This document shows positions 56,465 through 64,000 of a stretch of 64,000 nt of DNA, in pieces. Each line of letters begins with the position of its first letter. Position 1 is the stretch's first letter. The stretch is from the NCBI GenBank assembly GCA_023246655.1, contig JAHFHX010000004.1, positions 2,762 to 66,761 on the forward strand. Reading direction: 5' to 3'. Source of the DNA: Candidatus Magasanikiibacteriota bacterium (GTDB lineage: Bacteria; Patescibacteriota; Patescibacteriia; Magasanikbacterales; GWA2-37-8). Made by a program: the position numbers and the translations under genes. The notes below the pieces were generated by a model. It was not told where the DNA came from, did not search any database, and worked only from the letters and a program-made list of their open reading frames with translations.

Positions 56465-56599
56465 AAAAAACCGCCCAAGAGGGGCGGCGGTGATTTCTTT
56501 AAAAAAATTTATCTACAGAAATCAAAGCTGCCACTCTTGGGTGAGAGGGGCCTTCTTTGATTTGGTTGTGTTCGCAAATAGCGAGTAGTTCGTTTGCAT
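56465..56599 (-). promoter_or_regulatory. Leader ORF MQTNYSLFANTTKSKKAPLTQEWQL (56522-56599) with attenuator-like terminator
   Basis: TTGACA-17-TAAGAT promoter; CCCAAGAGTGGCAGC can pair with GCCGCCCCTCTTGGG; CCGCCC-CTCTT-GGGCGG-T6. Confidence 0.6.
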
Positions 56600-56646
56600 A
56601 TGTATATAGTTATCTTATCAACTGTAATTGGTATTGTCAAATTATT

Positions 56647-57006
56647 TTAACGACGACGTGTAGAAGACCCTCGGTAATGGGCAAAATCTTCGGGACGAAG
56701 ATAGGCGTCGTCATCTCCTAAGAGATGATCACGCCGGTCATCAATGGCTGCACTCATCGCAGCAGATTGATCTCTTCGCAAACGTTTTTTTGCTTCAAGC
56801 CCCTCTTGTTCTAAACGTTTTTTCCTAAGTCTGCTTGTAGCAGCGCCAAAATAATTCCTCCTCAGGTGTTCCATCTTTCCTAGTGGAACTCCATCCAGCA
56901 CTCGGCCAACCGCTGCACTGTCAATGAGCTTAAGTTTGTCTTGGAGCCGTTTAGCTTCCGCAACAATTTTATCAATAATGGTTGGATCAAGTGTCGGCAT
57001 ATACAA
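56647..57006 (-). CDS. Hypothetical protein
   Basis: 119-aa ORF following the AlkD-like gene. Confidence 0.55.
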   Translation of the reverse strand: MYMPTLDPTIIDKIVAEAKRLQDKLKLIDSAAVGRVLDGVPLGKMEHLRRNYFGAATSRLRKKRLEQEGLEAKKRLRRDQSAAMSAAIDDRRDHLLGDDDAYLRPEDFAHYRGSSTRRR

Positions 57007-57022
57007 TCACTATAGGGAATTT

Positions 57023-57832
57023 TTACCGTGAGGTCAAATAGTAATTCTGTTCTTTTTTAGAAAATTTTTCAATGGCATATCGTAGCATGGTGCGGGGCAT
57101 TGTTTGATGATGGTGGTTAAGGAATTTTTTTAGCGTCGGCGGCGATTTTTTTCCCACTTCGCGTAGCATCCAGCCGCAGGCTTTCTGAATCAGATCGTGT
57201 TTGTCAGTGAGGAGGAGTTTGGAAATTTTGAGCGTTTCGTCAAAATGATTCGCGCGGATGAAAGCAAAGGTAGCAACGATGGCAATGCGACGTTCCCAGA
57301 GGTTGGTGGAGCGGGCGAGGGTGACGAGGACAGCCAACCGCGGCCGAACCCCCCTCTCTATCTCCCCCCTATAAGGGGGGAGAGGGCCATCAATGCCCTC
57401 CCCTACAAGGGGAGGGACGGAGGGCGGGGTTTTCGTCTCGCGCATTTGGTTGAGTAAGTACTCGCCGACAATCTGCGGGGCGGAGGTGTCGACTAAATCC
57501 CAATTGTTAATTCGTTTGGTGTTTTTGAGGTAGAAGTTGTAAATTTTTTTCTTCTGTTTATTATCCCCGATTTGAAATTGACGTACCAGGATGATAAGGC
57601 CAGTGAAACGCTCCTCATGAACTTTTGATTTGAGTAGTTTTTGTATGTCGGCGAGTGAAAGATCGTAAAATTTTTTGGCGATGGTTCGTTGCTTCGGTAC
57701 GGTGAGCCCAAGAAATAGGTCGCCATGGCCGTATTCACCCGGTGCGGTTTTAAAAAAGCCAGCATAGATTTTGGCTTTGGTGGGGTTGGCATGGGAGCGA
57801 AGAATTTTTTTGAGTTCGGTGAGATAATACAT
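57023..57832 (-). CDS. DNA alkylation repair protein (AlkD-like) with an in-frame repeat insertion
   Basis: FFKT.PGEYG.GD.F.G, INNWDLVD.SA, LWERRIAIV, DLIQKA.GWMLRE.GK, MPRTMLRYAIE. Confidence 0.92.
   Translation of the reverse strand: MYYLTELKKILRSHANPTKAKIYAGFFKTAPGEYGHGDLFLGLTVPKQRTIAKKFYDLSLADIQKLLKSKVHEERFTGLIILVRQFQIGDNKQKKKIYNFYLKNTKRINNWDLVDTSAPQIVGEYLLNQMRETKTPPSVPPLVGEGIDGPLPPYRGEIERGVRPRLAVLVTLARSTNLWERRIAIVATFAFIRANHFDETLKISKLLLTDKHDLIQKACGWMLREVGKKSPPTLKKFLNHHHQTMPRTMLRYAIEKFSKKEQNYYLTSR
57347..57433. repeat. Family-B doublet in-frame in the AlkD-like gene
   Basis: CTCCCCCTATAAGGGGGAG and CCCTCCCCTACAAGGGGAGGG; encodes TPPSVPPLVGEG...PPYRGEIERG. Confidence 0.8.
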
Positions 57833-57844
57833 GACAAGGACCCC

Positions 57845-58708
57845 TTATTCTTGGCTCGGATAAATTAATTTTCCATTATATGTCCCTCCAGCAGTATCTG
57901 GTTTGCGATCAATTTCGGTGTTGTTGGTGTTCGGTCCACAATCAGGACTCACCGGGGCAAATTCGAGACGGTTGTTTTCGATGGTCGGCTTAGCACCCTC
58001 CTCACAGTTTACGCCGAGCTGAGAATCGTGGAGAAAATTATTTTTAATGATGGTTCCCTGCGCTTTTTTTATTCCAATCGCCTGGTGCCAGCAGTGGTAG
58101 ACTTCGTTATTTTCAATCCGAACATTGGAAGAGTAAGTATCAATACAACTCCAGAGATTATCGTGCACGCGGCTATTGGTGATGCTGACGTTTGTACCTT
58201 CAATGTTGATGCCGTTGTGAGAATAGCTGAGTTCGACATGGTCGAGTTTGCTTCCACTCGCGAGCACCAATTCATCCCAGTCAGCATATTCGGCCTTAGT
58301 TTGGGCGGAAGTAAAAATAATTGGTTGCTCCTTGGTACCAAGGGCAATGACTTTACCATAGATTTCAAAATGCGATTCATTATATCCCTCGTGGCCAGTG
58401 GGATCATTATGTTTAGTAATAAAATCATCGGCCCATTTAGTCCACGGAGTATTGGGGATATCGGAATTTTTTTCAAACAAAATCTTAGTCCCTGGTTCAA
58501 TTGTTAATGTTGTCCAAGGGGCGAAGTGGACATCTCCAATAATATGAATAGTACCACTCCAGATTTCGGAGCGATGATGTAGACCGGAGCGGGTGGTATT
58601 GTGGACGCGAGCAGGGAAGAGTATTAACCCAGCTATGATAATTACAATCGCGAGCGGGAGTAAGATGAGAGCAGTAATTATTTTGTGATGTGAGAAAAAT
58701 TGGGGCAT
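57845..58708 (-). CDS. Membrane-anchored right-handed beta-helix protein, paralogue of the 51653-53374 N-domain
   Basis: E.W.G.I.I.G, TLTIEPGT, GT.EQPI.FTS, PbH1 repeats. Confidence 0.8.
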   Translation of the reverse strand: MPQFFSHHKIITALILLPLAIVIIIAGLILFPARVHNTTRSGLHHRSEIWSGTIHIIGDVHFAPWTTLTIEPGTKILFEKNSDIPNTPWTKWADDFITKHNDPTGHEGYNESHFEIYGKVIALGTKEQPIIFTSAQTKAEYADWDELVLASGSKLDHVELSYSHNGINIEGTNVSITNSRVHDNLWSCIDTYSSNVRIENNEVYHCWHQAIGIKKAQGTIIKNNFLHDSQLGVNCEEGAKPTIENNRLEFAPVSPDCGPNTNNTEIDRKPDTAGGTYNGKLIYPSQE

Positions 58709-58711
58709 AAG

Positions 58712-59323
58712 TTACTTTCTAAAAAAGACAACGCTTGTATAGACCATACTAATTGCGAAGTAGACAAATATGAGAGCAAAAATTTTAAAGATAACTGGAA
58801 TGGCTTTGGGGTGAGATAATATTTTTCTAAAGCGTGAAAAAATAAAGGCAACGCCAGCAGTGGAAATAAACCAGCCAATTTCCACAAGAAGCAGAAAAAT
58901 TAAATTGCCGAGCGGTAGTTGTTGGTTCAACAGTATTGCTTTGGGGATGCACACTGTAATCCAATAGGTCCAGAGTACACCATTAGCAAGAATCATGCCG
59001 GCGATTTTCCAAAAACTAAAATACACTTTTTCTTCGGTATCCAGTTTTTTTATTTTCCAAATGGAAGTGGCAATCCAAACAAGGATACCGGCGCCAAAAA
59101 AAGAGAGACCACGAAAAACGGACTCTGGCAGGCTGAGCGCTGATAAGGCAATGAGGCTCGCGAGTGCCACGGCAGTCTCCGTAGCCATGGCGAGGGTGAT
59201 TATGCGAAAACTTTTCCAAAATCCATTCTGCAGTATCTCAGTAAAGGTGGCGGTGAGGACGGGCCCAGGGATTAAGCCGCCAATGAGACCTAAGACCAGA
59301 GCGCTGAGAAGCTCGTTGAGCAT
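58712..59323 (-). CDS. LysE family translocator
   Basis: G...GLIPGP, G...LVWIA, six TM helices. Confidence 0.85.
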   Translation of the reverse strand: MLNELLSALVLGLIGGLIPGPVLTATFTEILQNGFWKSFRIITLAMATETAVALASLIALSALSLPESVFRGLSFFGAGILVWIATSIWKIKKLDTEEKVYFSFWKIAGMILANGVLWTYWITVCIPKAILLNQQLPLGNLIFLLLVEIGWFISTAGVAFIFSRFRKILSHPKAIPVIFKIFALIFVYFAISMVYTSVVFFRK

Positions 59324-59348
59324 AGGTATTTAATCGTTTTTAGTTGAT

Positions 59349-59732
59349 TTATTTTTTAATTTCACACCTCCCTCTGTGTCCAAACAGCTGTGATAAAAAA
59401 ATGCGGTGGTGCGCAATGAAACGGTAACAGGCTTCGCATAGCATGGCAAAACCGGGGAGATGGTGGTACATAGAGAGGAAGGATTGGTAATGTCCGGCCA
59501 GCGCGAAGGCGTGGAGAACGGCGGCGGCACCGCTCACAGTTTCTCCATTGATGGAAATTAGTTGTACTGCTTTCTGGCACGCGGCCTTGGAAATTTGGGG
59601 GAAATCGGCGTGGCGTTCTTGGTAGGGCGCATAGTCAATCGCGGTGCTAGTTTTTGCACGCCAATGGTTAGTCCAGTGCTGGCAAAAGGCGCAGTCGCCG
59701 TCGTAGAGCATGAGAGGTTTTGTGAGGAACAT
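59349..59732 (-). CDS. DCC1-like thiol-disulfide oxidoreductase (DUF393)
   Basis: LYDGDCAFC, SGA.A, YRFIA.HR. Confidence 0.88.
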   Translation of the reverse strand: MFLTKPLMLYDGDCAFCQHWTNHWRAKTSTAIDYAPYQERHADFPQISKAACQKAVQLISINGETVSGAAAVLHAFALAGHYQSFLSMYHHLPGFAMLCEACYRFIAHHRIFLSQLFGHRGRCEIKK

Positions 59733-59760
59733 ATTATTTTTGAGAGGGGGCGGTGGTGAA

Positions 59761-59814
59761 AATCCCCGCTTGAGCGGGGTGGCCCGCGTCGCAGCGGGAC
59801 CGGGGGTGTGTGAG
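59761..59814. repeat. Family-B single copy
   Basis: AATCCCCGCTTGAGCGGGGTGG...CCGGGGGTGTGTGAG; both ends match 47256-47304. Confidence 0.8.
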
Positions 59815-59912
59815 CGTTCCATCCGTAGGCTCAAAGGATGTAATTTTTTTGTCCGCGGATGTTTTTTGATCTTTGTTTTGCTACAATCTAAGGTGGCGTT
59901 CAAGATTGGTTA

Positions 59913-61754
59913 TTATGTTCGCCCTCCACACTTTGCTTCGGCCGCATCTAAGGGTTTGAGTCGTGCATTCATATTATTTTCATCATCCTTCATAATTTTG
60001 TCGGTGGTATCTCGCAAAGCATCGGTGGTGATGGTAGCTTGGGCACCGCAATCGCTTTTAGCATCGTCTGTGGTGGCGTTCGCGATACACTGGTCGCGTT
60101 GTTTTACAGCGTAGTCGACCGCGTTGAAGTGGAGGAGATCGATAACGTGAAGATTGTATCGGCGAATGTCTTCCAGTTTCGTCCGAGCCCGGTCAAGGAC
60201 GCTGCACTGGGCACTAGTGAGTTTGGGGTAGGGCAAGAGTTTCCCGTTGACATCATCCGGGAAATTAGTGTCGGTGTAGGTTGGGATTTGAGAGGGCACC
60301 CCGGAGCTTACCGGGACAGGCGTGTCGGCATTTTTTTCTGGCGGGTTATTTTTTGGAGTAGTTGGTTTTGGTTCTGGCGTGTTAGGGGTGCTTAATTTTT
60401 CGGTGGGTGGAAGTTCGGCAACACTGCCGCATTTTTTTTGCAGTTCATCTAGATAGTGTAAATCTTTTTCCTCTTTTGCAAGCGCCTTGGCTATCGCATC
60501 GGTGAGAATGGTTTCGAGTTGTTTGAGGTTAGCGCGGTAATTCGTTTGGCATTCTTCTTTATCTGAATATCGATCAGAGATACATTCTTGGTAGGCTTTG
60601 CTCGCCACCTTGAGCGCGGCTTTGTGCGCTTTTTCGGCGGCGTCGGTTCGGTCAATAAATTCATCTTTTACATAGAGGCGGAAATCACGGATGGTGGCGC
60701 AGGTGGCTTTGGTTACGTCCACTTCGCCAATTGGGTCATTCTCGCCGTCGCCGCCAGGAAAACTCATGCCGGTTTTTTTCTTACAGAATTCCGCCAATTT
60801 ATCTAAGTAATCCAAATTTTTATTGCGGACGTTGTTTTCTGTTTCCATGTCATCCACGTATTGTGAAAGTAATTTGCTGGTATACTCATCGTACTTTGCC
60901 GTGCAGGTTTTTTTATCGTCGGCATTTTTGGCGTTTGCCAAGCAGCTCTTGAGAGCGTCTTTATAAACTTTTGTTCCTTCGGTGTAGAGTTCCTCGAGGA
61001 TTTTACTGTTGTGTTTAAAAACACTTTCCACCAGCCGCTGGGTGGCGCGGATTTCTGGGCAGGTAGTTTTGGAGACGTCTACGTGTGGGAGTGAGTGGTG
61101 CGGATCCCAGACAGGCGTGCCCGGGTCGTTGGGCGGCGGATTCTTTTTGGGAGCGGCACATTTTTTTTGCAGCTCATCTAAATATTTTGTGTCGGCATCA
61201 TGCTTTTTGGCGAGCCAATCTAATTCCTTGGCCATTTCTTGTTTGGCTTGGGAGAGCATGCGTTCGTGGGCTTCATAACATTCCCACTCTTTGGGAATAA
61301 ATTCTTGCCCTTTGCCTCTATCCTGGCTTTGCTTGTAGCAGGCATCCCATTTGTCTTTGGCGGCTTTATAATCCGCGTTGGCTTGTTTGTCCGATAAATT
61401 TTTGGCGGCTTTGTCGTAGGCTTGTTGTACGTTGTTCCATTCATCGTCGCAACTCTTGGCGTCGGAGCGGAGTTGACTCACCAATAAACATTGTTGCAGT
61501 TGTCTTTCGGAATATTTTTTGGTTTCGTCGTAAGCTTGTTGCACTAATTTTTTGTTGTAGGCATAAGCACCCTCCACTTGTTTGCGGAAGGACTTGATGG
61601 TGAGGCATTTAGCTTGCGTTACGTCCACGAGACGATAATCCAGGCGTGGCCCCTCGTCGGCTTTGGTGGTGTGGGGGAGGAGAAAGACGAGGGTGAGAAT
61701 TAATAAGAGGCTCGCAGGGGTGAACCAACGAGGGAGAGTAGAGAGGTGGGGCAT
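59913..61754 (-). CDS. Secreted Cys-paired helical repeat protein
   Basis: Signal peptide; about four modules VDV(T/S)..C...C-x(9-13)-C...YLD(E/K)L..C separated by Pro-rich linkers. Confidence 0.8.
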   Translation of the reverse strand: MPHLSTLPRWFTPASLLLILTLVFLLPHTTKADEGPRLDYRLVDVTQAKCLTIKSFRKQVEGAYAYNKKLVQQAYDETKKYSERQLQQCLLVSQLRSDAKSCDDEWNNVQQAYDKAAKNLSDKQANADYKAAKDKWDACYKQSQDRGKGQEFIPKEWECYEAHERMLSQAKQEMAKELDWLAKKHDADTKYLDELQKKCAAPKKNPPPNDPGTPVWDPHHSLPHVDVSKTTCPEIRATQRLVESVFKHNSKILEELYTEGTKVYKDALKSCLANAKNADDKKTCTAKYDEYTSKLLSQYVDDMETENNVRNKNLDYLDKLAEFCKKKTGMSFPGGDGENDPIGEVDVTKATCATIRDFRLYVKDEFIDRTDAAEKAHKAALKVASKAYQECISDRYSDKEECQTNYRANLKQLETILTDAIAKALAKEEKDLHYLDELQKKCGSVAELPPTEKLSTPNTPEPKPTTPKNNPPEKNADTPVPVSSGVPSQIPTYTDTNFPDDVNGKLLPYPKLTSAQCSVLDRARTKLEDIRRYNLHVIDLLHFNAVDYAVKQRDQCIANATTDDAKSDCGAQATITTDALRDTTDKIMKDDENNMNARLKPLDAAEAKCGGRT

Positions 61755-61939
61755 ATTTTAAAAAGATTAAATGTGATGCGGATATTATATCATAAAGATG
61801 AGAAAATGATTATTGGGGAAACAAAAAACACCGTCCACCTACTGTATCGCCATATTATATAGAAATACAGTAGGCAGTGCGAACGGTGTTCTGTTGCGCT
61901 CTGCCGTTTTCATGTCTCCCTCGAAGGAAACGATTTTTC

Positions 61940-63817
61940 TTATTTTACTTTTCGTTCGCGTTTGGGGATTTTGAGGGAGATTTTGGTTTGGAGATTGTGA
62001 TTATTACAGTAAGTGATGATGGCGGAAACGAAAGGTTGGCCGTATTTTGATGTTTTTAAATCACCGAAGCCGGAGATTTTGCGGATGTCGGTGAGGGTCA
62101 TTGGTAGATACGTCGCGAGTTCGAGAATGGTGGCGTCGGAAAAAATTAAATACGGGGGAACATTTTCGGCGCGGGCGAGATTCGTACGGATGAGTTTGAG
62201 GTTGGTGAATAATTCTGGTTCGTGGGGGATGTGTTCTCCCTCCCCCCGATGGCCCCCCTCGGGCAGGGGGGCAGACGAAGCTCGTACAGCCGTTTTTATC
62301 AACATCACGGTTTCTTTCCCTTGTAGCACTGGGACACTTTTTTCCGTGAGCTTCAAAACTGGATACTCAACGCCACCGACACGGAGGCAGCCGAGACCCA
62401 CGAGGTCTTTGAGATAGCGGAGCCAGAGTTCTTTGGGAATATCGGCGCCGGCGCCGTAGGTTTTGAGGGCGCGATGCTCTTCTTTCATTTTCTCTGATTT
62501 GGAACCGCGGAGAAAATCGGCAACATAGTGGAGGCCGTATTGACCTTCGAGGCGTGCGACGGCGGAGAGGGCTTTTTGGGCAATGAGGGTGCCATCGAAG
62601 CGTTCCACTTCGGTGAGACAACTATCGCAGCTGGCGCAGGCGTTGGGAGCGGTTTCGCCAAAATAATTTAAGAGTAGTTTTCTCCGGCACTCACGACTTT
62701 CGCCGTAGGCCATCATTTGGTTGAGTTTTTTGAGGAGGACGGTGTTTTGTTCTGGATTATTTTCAATTTGTATAAATTTTTTTAATTTCATCACGTCTCC
62801 GGCGCCGTAGAAAAGCAGAGCGTCGCTTTTGAGCCCATCGCGTCCAGCCCGCCCGGTTTCTTGGTAGTAGCTTTCAATATTTTTGGGAAGGTCGACGTGA
62901 ATTACGAATCGTACGTTGGATTTGTTGATGCCCATGCCGAAAGCGATCGTGGCCACAATTATTTTTATTTCGTCTTTAATAAAGAGCTCTTGGTTGGCGC
63001 GCCGTGTTTCGGGGCTCAGACCCGCGTGGTACGGGCGGACGGAGAAACCTTGGAGATCAAGATTGTTAGCCAGATTCTCGGCCGAGGCACGCGAGAGTGT
63101 GTAGATGATACCGGAATCGTCCTTGTGATTGTCTAGATAGTTTGCTAGGCGCGCAGTGAGGTTGCGTTTGGGTTCTACAAAATAGTGAATGTTAGGGCGG
63201 TTGAAGCTAGCGACAAAAATTTCCGGATTTTTGAGGTGCAATTTTTCAATAATATCACGCCGTGTTATGTCGTCCGCTGTGGCAGTGAGGGCAATGGTGG
63301 GGGCGGTTGGAAAAAAATTTTTGAGTTCAGAAAGCAGGCGATACTCAGGACGGAAATCGTGACCCCAGTGCGAGATGCAGTGCGCTTCATCAATTGCAAA
63401 AAGTGAGATGTTGAGGGTTTGTAAAAAATCTAAAAATTCTCCGTTTGCCCCAAGGAGGCGTTCCGGCGCGACGTAAAGAAGTTTCAGTTCGTTGTTGCGG
63501 AGTTGGTCAAACACCCGTCTGCGTTCGTCGGTGGAGAGCGTGGAATTTAAAAACGCCGCTGGGATACCCATAAGGCGTAAGGCGTCTACCTGGTCTTTCA
63601 TGAGGGCGATGAGAGGCGAGATAACCACGGTAAGGCCAGGGAAGATAAGCGCCGGGAGCTGGTAACAGAGGGATTTACCGCCGCCGGTTGGCATCACGGC
63701 CACAACGTCTTTTTGATTGAGAACAGTATTGACAATGGTTTCTTGATCGTGACGGAAGGAATCGTAGCCGAATTTGGTTTGGAGCAATTGGAGAACTGGA
63801 GACATAGTGTTTGTCAT
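61940..63817 (-). CDS. recQ: ATP-dependent DNA helicase RecQ
   Basis: MPTGGGKSLCYQ, IDEAHCISHWGHDFRPEY, QETGRAGRDG, RQC and HRDC domains. Confidence 0.98.
   Translation of the reverse strand: MTNTMSPVLQLLQTKFGYDSFRHDQETIVNTVLNQKDVVAVMPTGGGKSLCYQLPALIFPGLTVVISPLIALMKDQVDALRLMGIPAAFLNSTLSTDERRRVFDQLRNNELKLLYVAPERLLGANGEFLDFLQTLNISLFAIDEAHCISHWGHDFRPEYRLLSELKNFFPTAPTIALTATADDITRRDIIEKLHLKNPEIFVASFNRPNIHYFVEPKRNLTARLANYLDNHKDDSGIIYTLSRASAENLANNLDLQGFSVRPYHAGLSPETRRANQELFIKDEIKIIVATIAFGMGINKSNVRFVIHVDLPKNIESYYQETGRAGRDGLKSDALLFYGAGDVMKLKKFIQIENNPEQNTVLLKKLNQMMAYGESRECRRKLLLNYFGETAPNACASCDSCLTEVERFDGTLIAQKALSAVARLEGQYGLHYVADFLRGSKSEKMKEEHRALKTYGAGADIPKELWLRYLKDLVGLGCLRVGGVEYPVLKLTEKSVPVLQGKETVMLIKTAVRASSAPLPEGGHRGEGEHIPHEPELFTNLKLIRTNLARAENVPPYLIFSDATILELATYLPMTLTDIRKISGFGDLKTSKYGQPFVSAIITYCNNHNLQTKISLKIPKRERKVK
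62236..62272. repeat. Family-B copy in the RecQ RQC-HRDC linker
   Basis: CTCCCTCCCCCCGATGGCCCCCCTCGGGCAGGGGGGC; encodes APLPEGGHRGEG. Confidence 0.65.
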
Positions 63818-63911
63818 AATAACAGATTTTGGAGGAAAAAACTACGCCTTGAAATATTATGATAAAGGAGTATTATAGGGTCGGGCTATTTACGTATTAA
63901 TTTTACCAATT

Positions 63912-64000
63912 ATGGTTCACCCATTACAAAAAACTGCTCAAAAAATTTTAGATCTCGCCGATATCAAAATTAACGGCGACCGCCCGTGGGACATTGCTGT
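63912..64000 (+). CDS. cfa: Cyclopropane-fatty-acyl-phospholipid synthase, N-terminus only
   Basis: MVHPLQKTAQKILDLADIKINGDRPWDIAV resembles the Cfa N-terminus. Confidence 0.7.
   Translation, partial: MVHPLQKTAQKILDLADIKINGDRPWDIA

Noticed and set aside
46729-59903. Long N-terminal extensions in the ORF track for the kinase (47382), DUF559 (49151), GT4 (53574) and DCC protein (59903)
   Set aside because: The extensions run through repeats or neighbouring genes; homology begins at downstream ATGs.
1-64000. CRISPR array, cas genes, integrase, DDE/HUH transposase, reverse transcriptase or prophage
   Set aside because: No regularly spaced repeat-spacer array and no ORF with those motifs was seen.
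1-64000. Alternative genetic code (UGA=Gly, as in Gracilibacteria)
   Set aside because: Conserved genes are full length under code 11, and TGA ends several genes at expected positions.

Overview
A 64-kb bacterial chromosome segment spanning the replication origin (yidD, rnpA, rpmH, dnaA, oriC, dnaN). It uses the standard code 11, and AT-rich core genes lack Shine-Dalgarno sites. Gene content and style suggest Patescibacteria/CPR (inference, not tested). It also carries tig, nfo, nrdAB with NrdR boxes, uppS, alsS, tRNA-Ala(UGC), ahcY with a nucleoside kinase, a thr operon with a Thr-leader attenuator, recQ and many accessory genes. Five features stand out. (1) A GIY-YIG nuclease gene sits between the two halves of a ~90-bp palindromic element (GTCAT...ATGAC); gene-less copies occur elsewhere, three of them in-frame inside enzymes. 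A DUF559 nuclease has a parallel repeat family. (2) Eight GC-rich gene cassettes all carry strong AGGAG(G) SD sites, and several have 5' and 3' UTRs that are mutually complementary, with compensatory changes between paralogues. (3) A YerC/TrpR-like regulator, a palindromic operator and a His-His leader attenuator precede an unusual operon: HisRS-like domain, M20 hydrolase, histidine ammonia-lyase and a ThrC-like enzyme. (4) A ~145-nt rod-like ncRNA candidate has its own promoter and terminator. (5) An AroK-like kinase occupies the thrB position. All calls were made by eye; no database search was run.
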